Below, in pieces: positions 42,464-50,280 of a DNA stretch of 64,000 bases; the first letter of the stretch is position 1, and every line of letters starts with the position of its first letter. The position numbers and the translations under genes are program-made. Source of the stretch: Candidatus Limnocylindria bacterium (GTDB taxonomy: Bacteria > Chloroflexota > Limnocylindria > Limnocylindrales > CSP1-4); contig DATKBR010000099.1 in assembly GCA_035513775.1 (NCBI GenBank), positions 1,879-65,878 of the forward strand, in the 5' to 3' direction. The notes beneath the pieces were generated by a model. That model saw nothing but the letters and a program-made list of their open reading frames with translations. It was not told the origin of the DNA and did no database searches.

Positions 42464-43306
42464 TCAGGCCTCCGGGACATCGTAGACCTGGGCTGTCAGG
42501 CCACCATCGACGACAAGGTTATGGCCGGTGACGTACGACGCATCGTCCGATGCGAGATAGAGGAACGCGCTCGCGACTTCGTCAGCTGACGCCATGCGAT
42601 CCATGGGAACGACGGGAAAGGAATCTCGAAACTTGGCCATCGCCGCGTCGCCGACGATGTCGACCGATTGCTGCGTGTCGACCGGTCCCGGGCTGACGGC
42701 GTTGACTCGGATGTGGTTCGGGGCCAATTCCACCGCCATCGACTTGACGAGCGAAAGGATGCCGGCTTTGGCAACGCAGTAGTGGCTGAAGCTGCGGCTG
42801 GCCCCGAGTCCGCTCACGGACGCGGTGTACAGGATGACGCCGCCACCATGCCGAGCCATGACTCGCGCCGCGCGCTGTCCGATCACGAACGAGGCTGTGA
42901 GATTCACGGCGATCAGGCGTTGCCATGACTCGTCCTTGAGTTCCAGGAACGACTCTTCCGTCCACGCGGCCGCATTGCTGACGACGACATCCAACGGAAG
43001 GTCCCCTCGCGTCGCCGTGTCGATGGCGGCCTGACAGGCGTCGATCGACCCGAGATCCACGCAGATCGCGACCGCATCCACCCCGAGGTCCGTAAGCTCA
43101 GCGACGACGGCGTCCGCACGATCCTGGAGCCGATCGACAACATGAATCGCTGCGGCCCCTTCCTGTGCGAACCGCAGCGCGGTCGCGCGTCCGATCCCGC
43201 TGCCGGCTCCAGTGATGAGGATCCGCTTGCCTGCAAGTCGCCCGGTCGCCAATTGCACGTTCCTTTCCGACTGCGATCCCCCCCGCTTCGTTTGCGGGAG
43301 CCACAC
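42464..43306 (-). CDS. SDR-family oxidoreductase
   Basis: RILITGAGSGIGRATA, the catalytic YCVAKA and VTGHNLVVDGG are present. The ORF-track start at 43306 is GTG and abuts the MBL stop. An alternative GTG at 43258 would give VQLATGRLAGKR. Confidence 0.85.
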   Translation of the reverse strand: MWLPQTKRGGSQSERNVQLATGRLAGKRILITGAGSGIGRATALRFAQEGAAAIHVVDRLQDRADAVVAELTDLGVDAVAICVDLGSIDACQAAIDTATRGDLPLDVVVSNAAAWTEESFLELKDESWQRLIAVNLTASFVIGQRAARVMARHGGGVILYTASVSGLGASRSFSHYCVAKAGILSLVKSMAVELAPNHIRVNAVSPGPVDTQQSVDIVGDAAMAKFRDSFPVVPMDRMASADEVASAFLYLASDDASYVTGHNLVVDGGLTAQVYDVPEA

Positions 43307-44050
43307 CTAGGCCAGCAGATTCCGCGGGGCTCCGATCTGTCGGAACTCATTGTCAGCTCGCTCGACGTGGCGTTTGCCGTTCTGCAGCGAGAACGTCAGA
43401 TGTCCCGGCAAGAGCGCGTCGAATTCGAGTTGCCGAAGTTTCGCCATCGAAGCCGCGTAGTCGGGAATGCTGACGTCGACGACGTTCTGGAGGACGATCT
43501 TGCCGCCCCAGAAGACGGCGTCGCCGGAGAAGAGGTAGCGGCGGTCGCTGCCCTGCAGCAGGTAGCAGAAGTGACCCTTGCAGTGACCGGGCGTGTAGAT
43601 CGCCTCGATCCGGAACCGTCCGACGTCGATTGTCTCCCCGCCGAGGAGCTCTTCGTCGACCTCACACGGCTCCAGGACGTACTCGGGCGGGTAGAAGTTG
43701 AAGCTCTGCGCCCAGGCCAGGCCATTCCAGTAGGAGTCACCCTGGCGGATGGGATCTGCCGCCTCCTGCCCAGTGATCACGCGGCTGCCGTAGGACCGCT
43801 TCCAGCCGGCCAGCCCACCGGCGTGGTCGGCGTGGTAATGAGTGACCAGCACCTTCGTGATCCTTGACGGATCAAGCCCGTCTGCTCGGATGTTCGCCTC
43901 TATCTGAGCCTGAGCAGGACCGAACCCGGCATCAATGAGAACGAGCTCATCACCGCCGTCGATCAGATAGACATGACTGTCCTTGGAATGGGTCATGTTC
44001 AGGCCGTTGTCGCCGCCGGCAACCAGGTACACATCCTGTGTCAGTCTCAA
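43307..44050 (-). CDS. MBL-fold metallo-hydrolase (paralogue 2)
   Basis: A TTG start at 44050 is chosen because GGGAGG lies 6 nt upstream. It gives (M)RLTQDVYLVAGG, colinear with paralogue 1 (VRLTNDVHLVGGG) and of identical 248-aa length. VTHYHADHAGG is present. Confidence 0.72.
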   Translation of the reverse strand: MRLTQDVYLVAGGDNGLNMTHSKDSHVYLIDGGDELVLIDAGFGPAQAQIEANIRADGLDPSRITKVLVTHYHADHAGGLAGWKRSYGSRVITGQEAADPIRQGDSYWNGLAWAQSFNFYPPEYVLEPCEVDEELLGGETIDVGRFRIEAIYTPGHCKGHFCYLLQGSDRRYLFSGDAVFWGGKIVLQNVVDVSIPDYAASMAKLRQLEFDALLPGHLTFSLQNGKRHVERADNEFRQIGAPRNLLA

Positions 44051-44372
44051 GGCAGACCTCCCGCGGGAATTCGTGCTCACAGGGCAGCCATCCGGATGCC
44101 GCCACGCCCCTTGGCCGTTGTGCGCCGGAGTGTACGTGAGCAGCGCGTCCCGGACTTCGCTTCCAGCAGTTGCTGAAGGCATTCGTCGGCCCCGGGACCA
44201 GGTCTCCGTCGTATCCGTACGCGGCGATCTTCAGGACGGTTTGGGCGACGATCGCCGACGTCGATCCGCACGGCAAGCGATGTCGATGCCGGCCTCGGTC
44301 AAATCCGGGACCTTCAGGGCGACGACGGCGAAGGGTGTGGGCGAGGGGCGATGACGTGGCCAATCCCGGGCG

Positions 44373-45497
44373 TCACTGCACGCGTCCTCTGGCGGCAACG
44401 CGCCAGCGGTCGACGACCGCTCCGGACTCCGCGACCAGCAGCTCGTCCGTGAGGTTGACGACCGTGCAGGCATGGCTCGGGATGATGGCCACGCGGTCGC
44501 CGACCCGCAGCGGCGAGCCCGGTGGCACGGCGATGATCCCGTGCTCCTCGTTGACGCGCACCACCTGGTAGTCGGGCCGGTCGGCGAGCTGCCCTACGAT
44601 CGGAGGGGCGCCACGCTTGTTCACGCGGTCCGATGAGAGGGTCTTGGAACCCGCGTCGACGACGACCCAGCTGTGGTGCACGCTGACGACCGTCGCCACG
44701 ACCCAGATCGCGACGTCGTCCAGCGTGGCCGCTCCCTGGGCGACGGTGGTCACGTCGTGGAACACGTAGGTGCCGGGGCGCAGCTCGGTCACGCCTGGAG
44801 CCCGCATCCCGAACCGGGCGGTCGCCGTCGAACCGACCGAGACCCGGTTGACCTCCAACCCGCGCGCCCTGATGGCCTCCGCGACCCACACGACCTGGGC
44901 ACATGCCGCGAGCGTCTCGCGCTCCAGCTCGGCGTGGGTGGCCGAACGGGGCAGCGCATGGCCTTCGTGGGTCAGGACGCCGTCAAAGCCGATACCGGGC
45001 AGGGCTGCGATGTGCAGCGCAAGGTCGACCGCGCCCTCGTCCGGTGGCACGCCGATGCGGTCCAGCCCAGTGTTCAGCTCCAGGAGCACGGGGATCACCA
45101 GGCCGCGGGCGTGCGCGGCCCGGCCGATCGGCGCAGCGACTTCGAGCGAGTCCAGGCTGACCGAGAGCTGGACTCGCTCCGCGAGGTCCAGCAACCGCGC
45201 AACCTTGGCGGCACCAACGACCGGGTAGCCGATGAACAGGTCCGTGACGCCGCTGGCCAGGAGCACCTCCGCCTCGCCGAGCTTGGCCACCTGCAGCCCG
45301 GACGCCCCGGCGTCCAGCTGCATCCGGGCAATCTCGAGCGTCTTGTGTGCCTTGGTGTGAGGTCGGAGGCCCCTGCCGCTGTCCCTGGCCATCGCCGCCA
45401 TCCGCTCGACGTTGCCGCGGACGACCGGTGCATCGACCACGACAGCCGGCGTGTCGGGGACGGCGTCGAGGACCGCCAGCCTTTGGTCGAGGGTCAT
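44373..45497 (-). CDS. DSD1-type PLP enzyme (D-serine dehydratase / D-threonine aldolase-like), second copy
   Basis: The ATG at 45497 is preceded by GGGAGGG. PAVVVDAPVVRGNVERMAA...LRPHTKAHKTLEIARMQL carries the PLP lysine. The C-terminal block VNEEHGII...GDRVAIIPSHACTVVN is present. Confidence 0.8.
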   Translation of the reverse strand: MTLDQRLAVLDAVPDTPAVVVDAPVVRGNVERMAAMARDSGRGLRPHTKAHKTLEIARMQLDAGASGLQVAKLGEAEVLLASGVTDLFIGYPVVGAAKVARLLDLAERVQLSVSLDSLEVAAPIGRAAHARGLVIPVLLELNTGLDRIGVPPDEGAVDLALHIAALPGIGFDGVLTHEGHALPRSATHAELERETLAACAQVVWVAEAIRARGLEVNRVSVGSTATARFGMRAPGVTELRPGTYVFHDVTTVAQGAATLDDVAIWVVATVVSVHHSWVVVDAGSKTLSSDRVNKRGAPPIVGQLADRPDYQVVRVNEEHGIIAVPPGSPLRVGDRVAIIPSHACTVVNLTDELLVAESGAVVDRWRVAARGRVQ

Positions 45498-45693
45498 GTC
45501 GCCAGTCCCTCCCGCCGATCCGCGTTCGCCACTTGCCGGAGTCCGTGACCTGCACGGAGGATATCCTGCTGCTGCCGCCCGGCCGTGGCGGGGATCGGCC
45601 TCGTGGCCGCGAGCCTGCGCGACAAGCCGACTGCCTGTACGACAGTATGACGATGCGCCCGCCGACGAGCGCGCATCATGCTGAGTGCTCGCA

Positions 45694-46893
45694 ATGGCCT
45701 CGACCTCGACCACGCTCCTCACCTTCGCGATCGATCTCCTCGATGAGGGGGCCGATGTCGTTGCGCGGCGCGCGGTGGACGCCGGCTTGACCTGTCTATC
45801 GACGACGGCCGCCTACCATGCCGGCCGCGACCTTCTCCCGCACAACCCGGTGCGCTCCATCGCGTACCAGCCGAGCGGCGCCGTCTACTTTCAGCCGGAC
45901 TGGGGCGTATATGGTGACGACATACTGCGTCCGGTAGTGGCCCCGGTCGTCGGTTCGAGGGACGTGATGGTCGAGCTTGCGGAGGCCGCGACCCGGCACG
46001 GCCTGGCGACGTCGGCCTGGACGGTTATCCTGCACAACTCCCGCCTGGCGGAGGCGAGGCAGGACCTCGCCCCGCAGACGGCCCTCGGCGACCGGCTCCT
46101 GCACATGCTGTGTCCGGCGAACCCGGCGGTCCAGGCGTACGCCACCGCCTTGGCCTGCGACATCGCGGGTCGCGGGCCGTCGATCATCCACCTGGAGTCG
46201 ATGACCTACCTGCCGTTCGACCACGGCGGTCATCACGAGCGGGTGATGATCCCGCTCCGCGCTCAGGAGCGACGAATGCTCGGCGTCTGCTTTTGTGGCG
46301 CCTGCATCGAGGCGGCGAAGGCAGGCGGCGTGGATGGAGACGCCGTTCGCCGCGCAGTCGGGCGGCATCTCCGGTGCGTGCTCGACGGTCCCGGGAGCGC
46401 GATCGGCGACGCGGATCCATCCCTCGAGCGGATGCTCGATGACTACCTGGCGACCCGCCGAGCGATGATCTCGGCCTTCGTCGAGCACGTCTCCGGAAGC
46501 GTGCGCTCAAGGGCGCCGAACGTGGAGATCGCCGTCATCGACGTGTCGGGCTACTTCGCCTCGTTGGACCCGCGCACCCGATCAGTCGACGTCGCGGCCA
46601 GCGATGGCTTCGACCTGGGCAGGATGGCAGGGCCGGTCGACCGCGTCTCGGTCACGGCGTACTTCCAGGACGTCGAGCGATACCGGCGCGAAGTGTCCGA
46701 CTACGTAGAGACCCTGGGTGACCCGTCGCTGCTCGAGGTGATCCTCCGCCCTGGCCCGCCCGACAGCCACAGCCCAGAAGACCTACGACTCCGCGTGCAG
46801 ATTGCTCGCGACGCGGGGGTCCGTCATCTCGCGTTCTACAACTACGGGATGATGCGGCTGGAGGCGCTCGACTGGATCCGCGCAGCCCTCTAG
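45694..46893 (+). CDS. uncharacterised conserved protein, paralogue B (CFCxxC motif)
   Basis: ATG at 45694, with an alternative GTG at 45685. MASTSTTLLTFAIDLLDEGAD...AWTVILHN...GGHHERV...CFCGACIEAAK...FYNYGMMRLEALDWIRAAL is colinear with 9932-11158. Confidence 0.7.
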   Translation: MASTSTTLLTFAIDLLDEGADVVARRAVDAGLTCLSTTAAYHAGRDLLPHNPVRSIAYQPSGAVYFQPDWGVYGDDILRPVVAPVVGSRDVMVELAEAATRHGLATSAWTVILHNSRLAEARQDLAPQTALGDRLLHMLCPANPAVQAYATALACDIAGRGPSIIHLESMTYLPFDHGGHHERVMIPLRAQERRMLGVCFCGACIEAAKAGGVDGDAVRRAVGRHLRCVLDGPGSAIGDADPSLERMLDDYLATRRAMISAFVEHVSGSVRSRAPNVEIAVIDVSGYFASLDPRTRSVDVAASDGFDLGRMAGPVDRVSVTAYFQDVERYRREVSDYVETLGDPSLLEVILRPGPPDSHSPEDLRLRVQIARDAGVRHLAFYNYGMMRLEALDWIRAAL

Positions 46894-47167
46894 CGAGCCC
46901 ACTCCGGCGAGGAGCCGCGGCACCCGGAGGCGGCCTGCGGGCGCGGATCGCAGGCACGGACTTGATGCGCGGTCAACACTCCCGGACCCGTCGGTCGTCG
47001 AGATCGGTCGCGGGAACCACGCTCGGCTTCGTCATCGTCGACGCTGAGCACTCGAGGACCGGGGGAGACGGTCGACCGCCTCGTCAACAGCGGTCGCGGG
47101 TCTGTTGTCGACAGTCGTGCGGTCGACCCCGCCGGGCGCATCGCCTGGCATTTCACCCGTCGCCGGG

Positions 47168-47980
47168 CTAGGCGGCAAGGGTGGCGCCCGACGCCGGACG
47201 GCATTCCCGGCAGGCTCGGTAACCCGCGGCCACGGCTGCCGCCAGCGACCGGAACGGGACTCGATGCCGGGGCGTGATCCGCTTCGCGTTGTGGCAGGTC
47301 GGCAGGCAGACGATGTGCGTCGTATCGGAGCCGCTGTACCGGGTCCCCGCCTCCGCCTCCGCCTCGAGCCAGTCCGTGTCCAGTCCTTCGGCGGCCAGGA
47401 TCCGGCGCTTCGCGTCCGGCCCGCCCATCGAGTACTGCCCGATCATCCCGTCACTGCGAACCACGCGGTGACAGGGCACGACGAGCGGCACCGGGTTGTG
47501 GGCGAGCGCGCTCCCGACAGCCCGAACGGCCTTCGGCTTGCCGATCTCCGCCGCGATCCAGCCGTACGGCCGAACCTCGCCGCGCGGGATCTCCAGCGCC
47601 TTCGTCCAGACCGCGACCTCGAACGGCGTGTGGCCGCGCAGGTCGAGGTCGATCCGGACCCGACGATCGCCACCGAGGCGCTTGCCGATGGCCGTCGAGA
47701 GTCGCGCCGGCAGCTGCTCCGCCGCCGCGATGTCGCGACCGACCGCCGACCGGAATCGCGTCTCGAACTCGGCGCGGTCGCCGGCGGGCGTGACCCACGA
47801 GACGCCGCGGCCGTTCCAGGCCACGAACACGGTGCCGAGGGGCGTGTCGATCGGCGCGTAGTGGTCCGCGAGCCCGGCCTCGACCAGCGCTCCGAACCCG
47901 ACCGAGGTCGGGGCAATCGCCCGCAGGCCGCGCAGGGCATCCCGGAGCCCATGATCGGTGAGCGGCGTGGCGTTGGTCAT
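47168..47980 (-). CDS. ogt: methylated-DNA-[protein]-cysteine S-methyltransferase with a C-terminal Ada-type zinc (methylphosphotriester-repair) domain
   Basis: The MGMT active site VPCHRVV is preceded by the N-terminal MGMT domain (IDTPLGTVFVAWNGRGV). The C-terminal CLPTCHNAKRITPRHRVPFRSLAAAVAAGYRACRECRP matches the Ada N-domain pattern C-x3-C...AAGFRPCKRCxP. The ATG lies in an ATGA overlap with the sigma-factor stop. Confidence 0.85.
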   Translation of the reverse strand: MTNATPLTDHGLRDALRGLRAIAPTSVGFGALVEAGLADHYAPIDTPLGTVFVAWNGRGVSWVTPAGDRAEFETRFRSAVGRDIAAAEQLPARLSTAIGKRLGGDRRVRIDLDLRGHTPFEVAVWTKALEIPRGEVRPYGWIAAEIGKPKAVRAVGSALAHNPVPLVVPCHRVVRSDGMIGQYSMGGPDAKRRILAAEGLDTDWLEAEAEAGTRYSGSDTTHIVCLPTCHNAKRITPRHRVPFRSLAAAVAAGYRACRECRPASGATLAA

Positions 47981-48630
47981 CGGACGGCCTCCGTGGCCGG
48001 CAGCAGGCGAGCGGCCCGCTGCCGTTGGGTGGTGGTGTGGGTGTGCTCCGGCCCGTCCTCGAGCAGGACGCGCAGCTCGCGCAGCCCGCGATGGACCTGC
48101 GCCTTGACCGTGCCCTCCGGCCGGCCCAGCGCCTCGGCGGCCTCGGCGACCGACAGCCCATCGACGTGCCGGAGGACGATGGCGGACTGGACGGCCGGGG
48201 TCAGACGAATGAGCGCGGCCGCGAGCTCCCGTTGCGTCTCGCGGCGATCCGCCGCAGTCGCCGGTGCACCTCGGCCGTCGGCCGGCGGGTCGAACCCCGC
48301 GTCCAGCATCGGCTCGAGCGAGCCCGGTGGCTGCCGGTCATCGTGTCGCCGGCGCCGATTGCGCGCCAGGTTGACGGCGATCGAGGCGAGCCACGGCCGG
48401 AGCCTGAGCGCGGCGATCCGATCGCGCGGGTAGCCGTGCATGGCCCGATACGCCCGGACGAGTGCGTCCTGCGCGACCTCCTCGGCATCGCGCCGATCGC
48501 CGAGCAGGCGCAGGGCGATCGTAAACAGCCGGTCCGAATGCTCGGTCACGAGCGCTGGAAACCCCGCGTCGACATCCCGGGCGAGCCGTTCGGCGAGCGC
48601 GACATCGGTGTCCATCGAGCGATTCAACAC
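47977..48630 (-). CDS. ECF-type RNA polymerase sigma-70 family factor
   Basis: 217 aa with region 2 (LFTIALRLLGDRRDAEEVAQDALVRAYRA) and region 4.2 (VLRHVDGLSVAEAAEALGRPEGTVKAQVHRGLRELR). GTG start at 48630, with an alternative ATG at 48615. Confidence 0.9.
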   Translation of the reverse strand: MLNRSMDTDVALAERLARDVDAGFPALVTEHSDRLFTIALRLLGDRRDAEEVAQDALVRAYRAMHGYPRDRIAALRLRPWLASIAVNLARNRRRRHDDRQPPGSLEPMLDAGFDPPADGRGAPATAADRRETQRELAAALIRLTPAVQSAIVLRHVDGLSVAEAAEALGRPEGTVKAQVHRGLRELRVLLEDGPEHTHTTTQRQRAARLLPATEAVR

Positions 48631-48741
48631 GCTGTCCCGGGATTCGGTTGCGCAGTCGGCGCGCCCGGCTTGCCGCCGCAGCGTCGGGCCACCCGAGGCG
48701 GCGGCCGCCGCGAGGCGTCGATCGAGCCGCGGTCGCTGGCG

Positions 48742-49185
48742 CTACTCCGTGATCGTGATCGAGCCCGGCATCTGCCCGTGCAACGTGCAGTGGAACGCGA
48801 AGGTTCCAGCCTTCGAGAAGGTGAGGCTGCGCGTGCCGCCACCACCGTCGATGTTCCCGTCCATCGTGCAGGTTCCGTCGTCGAACGCGAGCTTGTGCGG
48901 GGCGTCATCACCGTTCGTCCAGGTGACGACGTCGCCGACCTTCGCCGTCACCGAGCCCCACGCGAACCCGCCCACGCTGGTCTCGACGTCCGTCGCCGCG
49001 GTGGTCTCCTCGCAGACCTTCGCCATCTGGGTTTCCGCGGGCGGTTCGCTCGTAGCAGGTGGGATCGTGGCCACCGGTCCCGACGTGGGGGCCGCCGTCG
49101 GCGCCGGCGTCGGCGTCGCGCCGCCACACGCGACGAGCAGGACGGCGGAGGACAGGGTCGCCAGACCGCGGACGAATGGGCGCAT
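48742..49185 (-). CDS. cupredoxin (plastocyanin/amicyanin-like blue copper) lipoprotein
   Basis: The ATG at 49185 is preceded by GGAGGA. It has the signal plus lipobox MRPFVRGLATLSSAVLLVACGG, a Pro/Thr-rich linker, and type-1 Cu ligands: H in DDAPHKL and C-x2-H-x2-M in FHCTLHGQM. The rest of the 650-aa ORF is shadow. Confidence 0.8.
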   Translation of the reverse strand: MRPFVRGLATLSSAVLLVACGGATPTPAPTAAPTSGPVATIPPATSEPPAETQMAKVCEETTAATDVETSVGGFAWGSVTAKVGDVVTWTNGDDAPHKLAFDDGTCTMDGNIDGGGGTRSLTFSKAGTFAFHCTLHGQMPGSITITE

Positions 49186-49257
49186 CGGATCCTCCAGGGC
49201 AGTCGTTGTGCGCGTCACGATAGCGCGGCGGGCGCCGCTTCCTCGTATGGTTCGTCC

Positions 49258-50205
49258 GTGGGCGGCGTTCGGATCTTTGACCACGACCTTGCCCGCCGGC
49301 TGGTGCTCCACGAGGCCCGGGCCCAGCAGACGCCCACGCGAGAGCTGCGTGATCTTGGCGATGGCTGGCTGTTCCACGACACGGGCGACGCCGAGCCCTT
49401 CTGGAACCGGCTCGTCGCGCCGCAATGGCCGGTTGGCAGCGCCGCCTTCGATCGTCGCCTCGACGAGGTGATCACGCTGTTCTCTGCCCTGGGCCGCCTG
49501 CCGCACGTTCGCCCGCTGCCGCTTGGCGGGACGCCGGCCGATCTCGCCGGGCGTCTCGCCACGGCGGGCTTCGAGACCGTCGGGGCGGATCTGCGGATGG
49601 TCCTCATGCATCACGGCGATGCGGATGCGCTGGTGGCGGCGCTGACGGCGAGGGTCGAGCGGGCATTCGGGGGCGGGTCGGCGGTCACGGTGAGCCGGCG
49701 CGAGTGGAACCGCGGCGCGGGCCGTGCAGGGGACGGGACGCGCGGGACGGGCCGGCCTGGACGTGCGGGCAGCCCGGGCGCGTCCGTCAGCAGGCAGTGG
49801 GCGGAGCGTCGCCGGTGGGCGGTCGATGCCTCGCTGGTGCTCGCCGACGCGTTCGGCGTCGACCCGAACCGGCGCGTCGCGCTGGAGAACGACGTCCTGG
49901 CCTGCGTCTCTCGGCCCGGCTGCTCGGTCGTCCTGCTGTCGATCGACGGCGTGCCCGCCGCGATCGCCCGCCGCGCCACGACCGACGCCGGCAGCTACCT
50001 GTCGTCGATCGGCACGCGGCCGGCGTTCCGTGGCCGCGGGCTCGGTGGCCTGGCGACCGCGATCGCGGTACGCGACGCGCTCGGTGCCGGCAGCGAGGTG
50101 GTCCATCTCGGCGTCGAGGCCGAAAACGAGCCGGCGCAGCACTTGTATGAGCGCCTCGGCTTCGCCACCGTCGGCGAGGCCGCGCCGGACCTGTTGCTGC
50201 GGTGA
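49258..50205 (+). CDS. GNAT-family N-acetyltransferase (two-lobed)
   Basis: GTG at 49258. The C-terminal GNAT core is IGTRPAFRGRGLGGLATAIAVRDAL...HLYERLGFATVGE. Only the last 315 aa of the 726-aa ORF is protein-like. Confidence 0.7.
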   Translation: MGGVRIFDHDLARRLVLHEARAQQTPTRELRDLGDGWLFHDTGDAEPFWNRLVAPQWPVGSAAFDRRLDEVITLFSALGRLPHVRPLPLGGTPADLAGRLATAGFETVGADLRMVLMHHGDADALVAALTARVERAFGGGSAVTVSRREWNRGAGRAGDGTRGTGRPGRAGSPGASVSRQWAERRRWAVDASLVLADAFGVDPNRRVALENDVLACVSRPGCSVVLLSIDGVPAAIARRATTDAGSYLSSIGTRPAFRGRGLGGLATAIAVRDALGAGSEVVHLGVEAENEPAQHLYERLGFATVGEAAPDLLLR

Positions 50206-50217
50206 TCGAGTAGTGAT

Positions 50218-50280
50218 CCGGCGATCAGCACCGGCGATCCGCCGGCGATCCGCCGGCGATCCGGCGATGATCCGGCGATG
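50218..50280. repeat. cluster of six CCGGCGAT direct repeats, mostly at 11-bp spacing
   Basis: CGGCGAT starts at 50219, 50232, 50243, 50254, 50262 and 50273. The cluster fills the 72-bp gap between the GNAT stop and the next ATG at 50278, and the last copy contains that ATG. Confidence 0.85.

Noticed and set aside
46894-47167. Possible terminator or small RNA in the 274-bp convergent gap between paralogue B and ogt
   Set aside because: There are only scattered GGTCG(A/C)C-type short repeats and no convincing GC stem with a U-tract on either strand.
48025-49257. First ~410 aa of the 726-aa plus-strand ORF (48025-50205)
   Set aside because: It is antisense to the ECF sigma and cupredoxin genes and is low complexity. 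Only the C-terminal GNAT part from GTG 49258 is protein-like.
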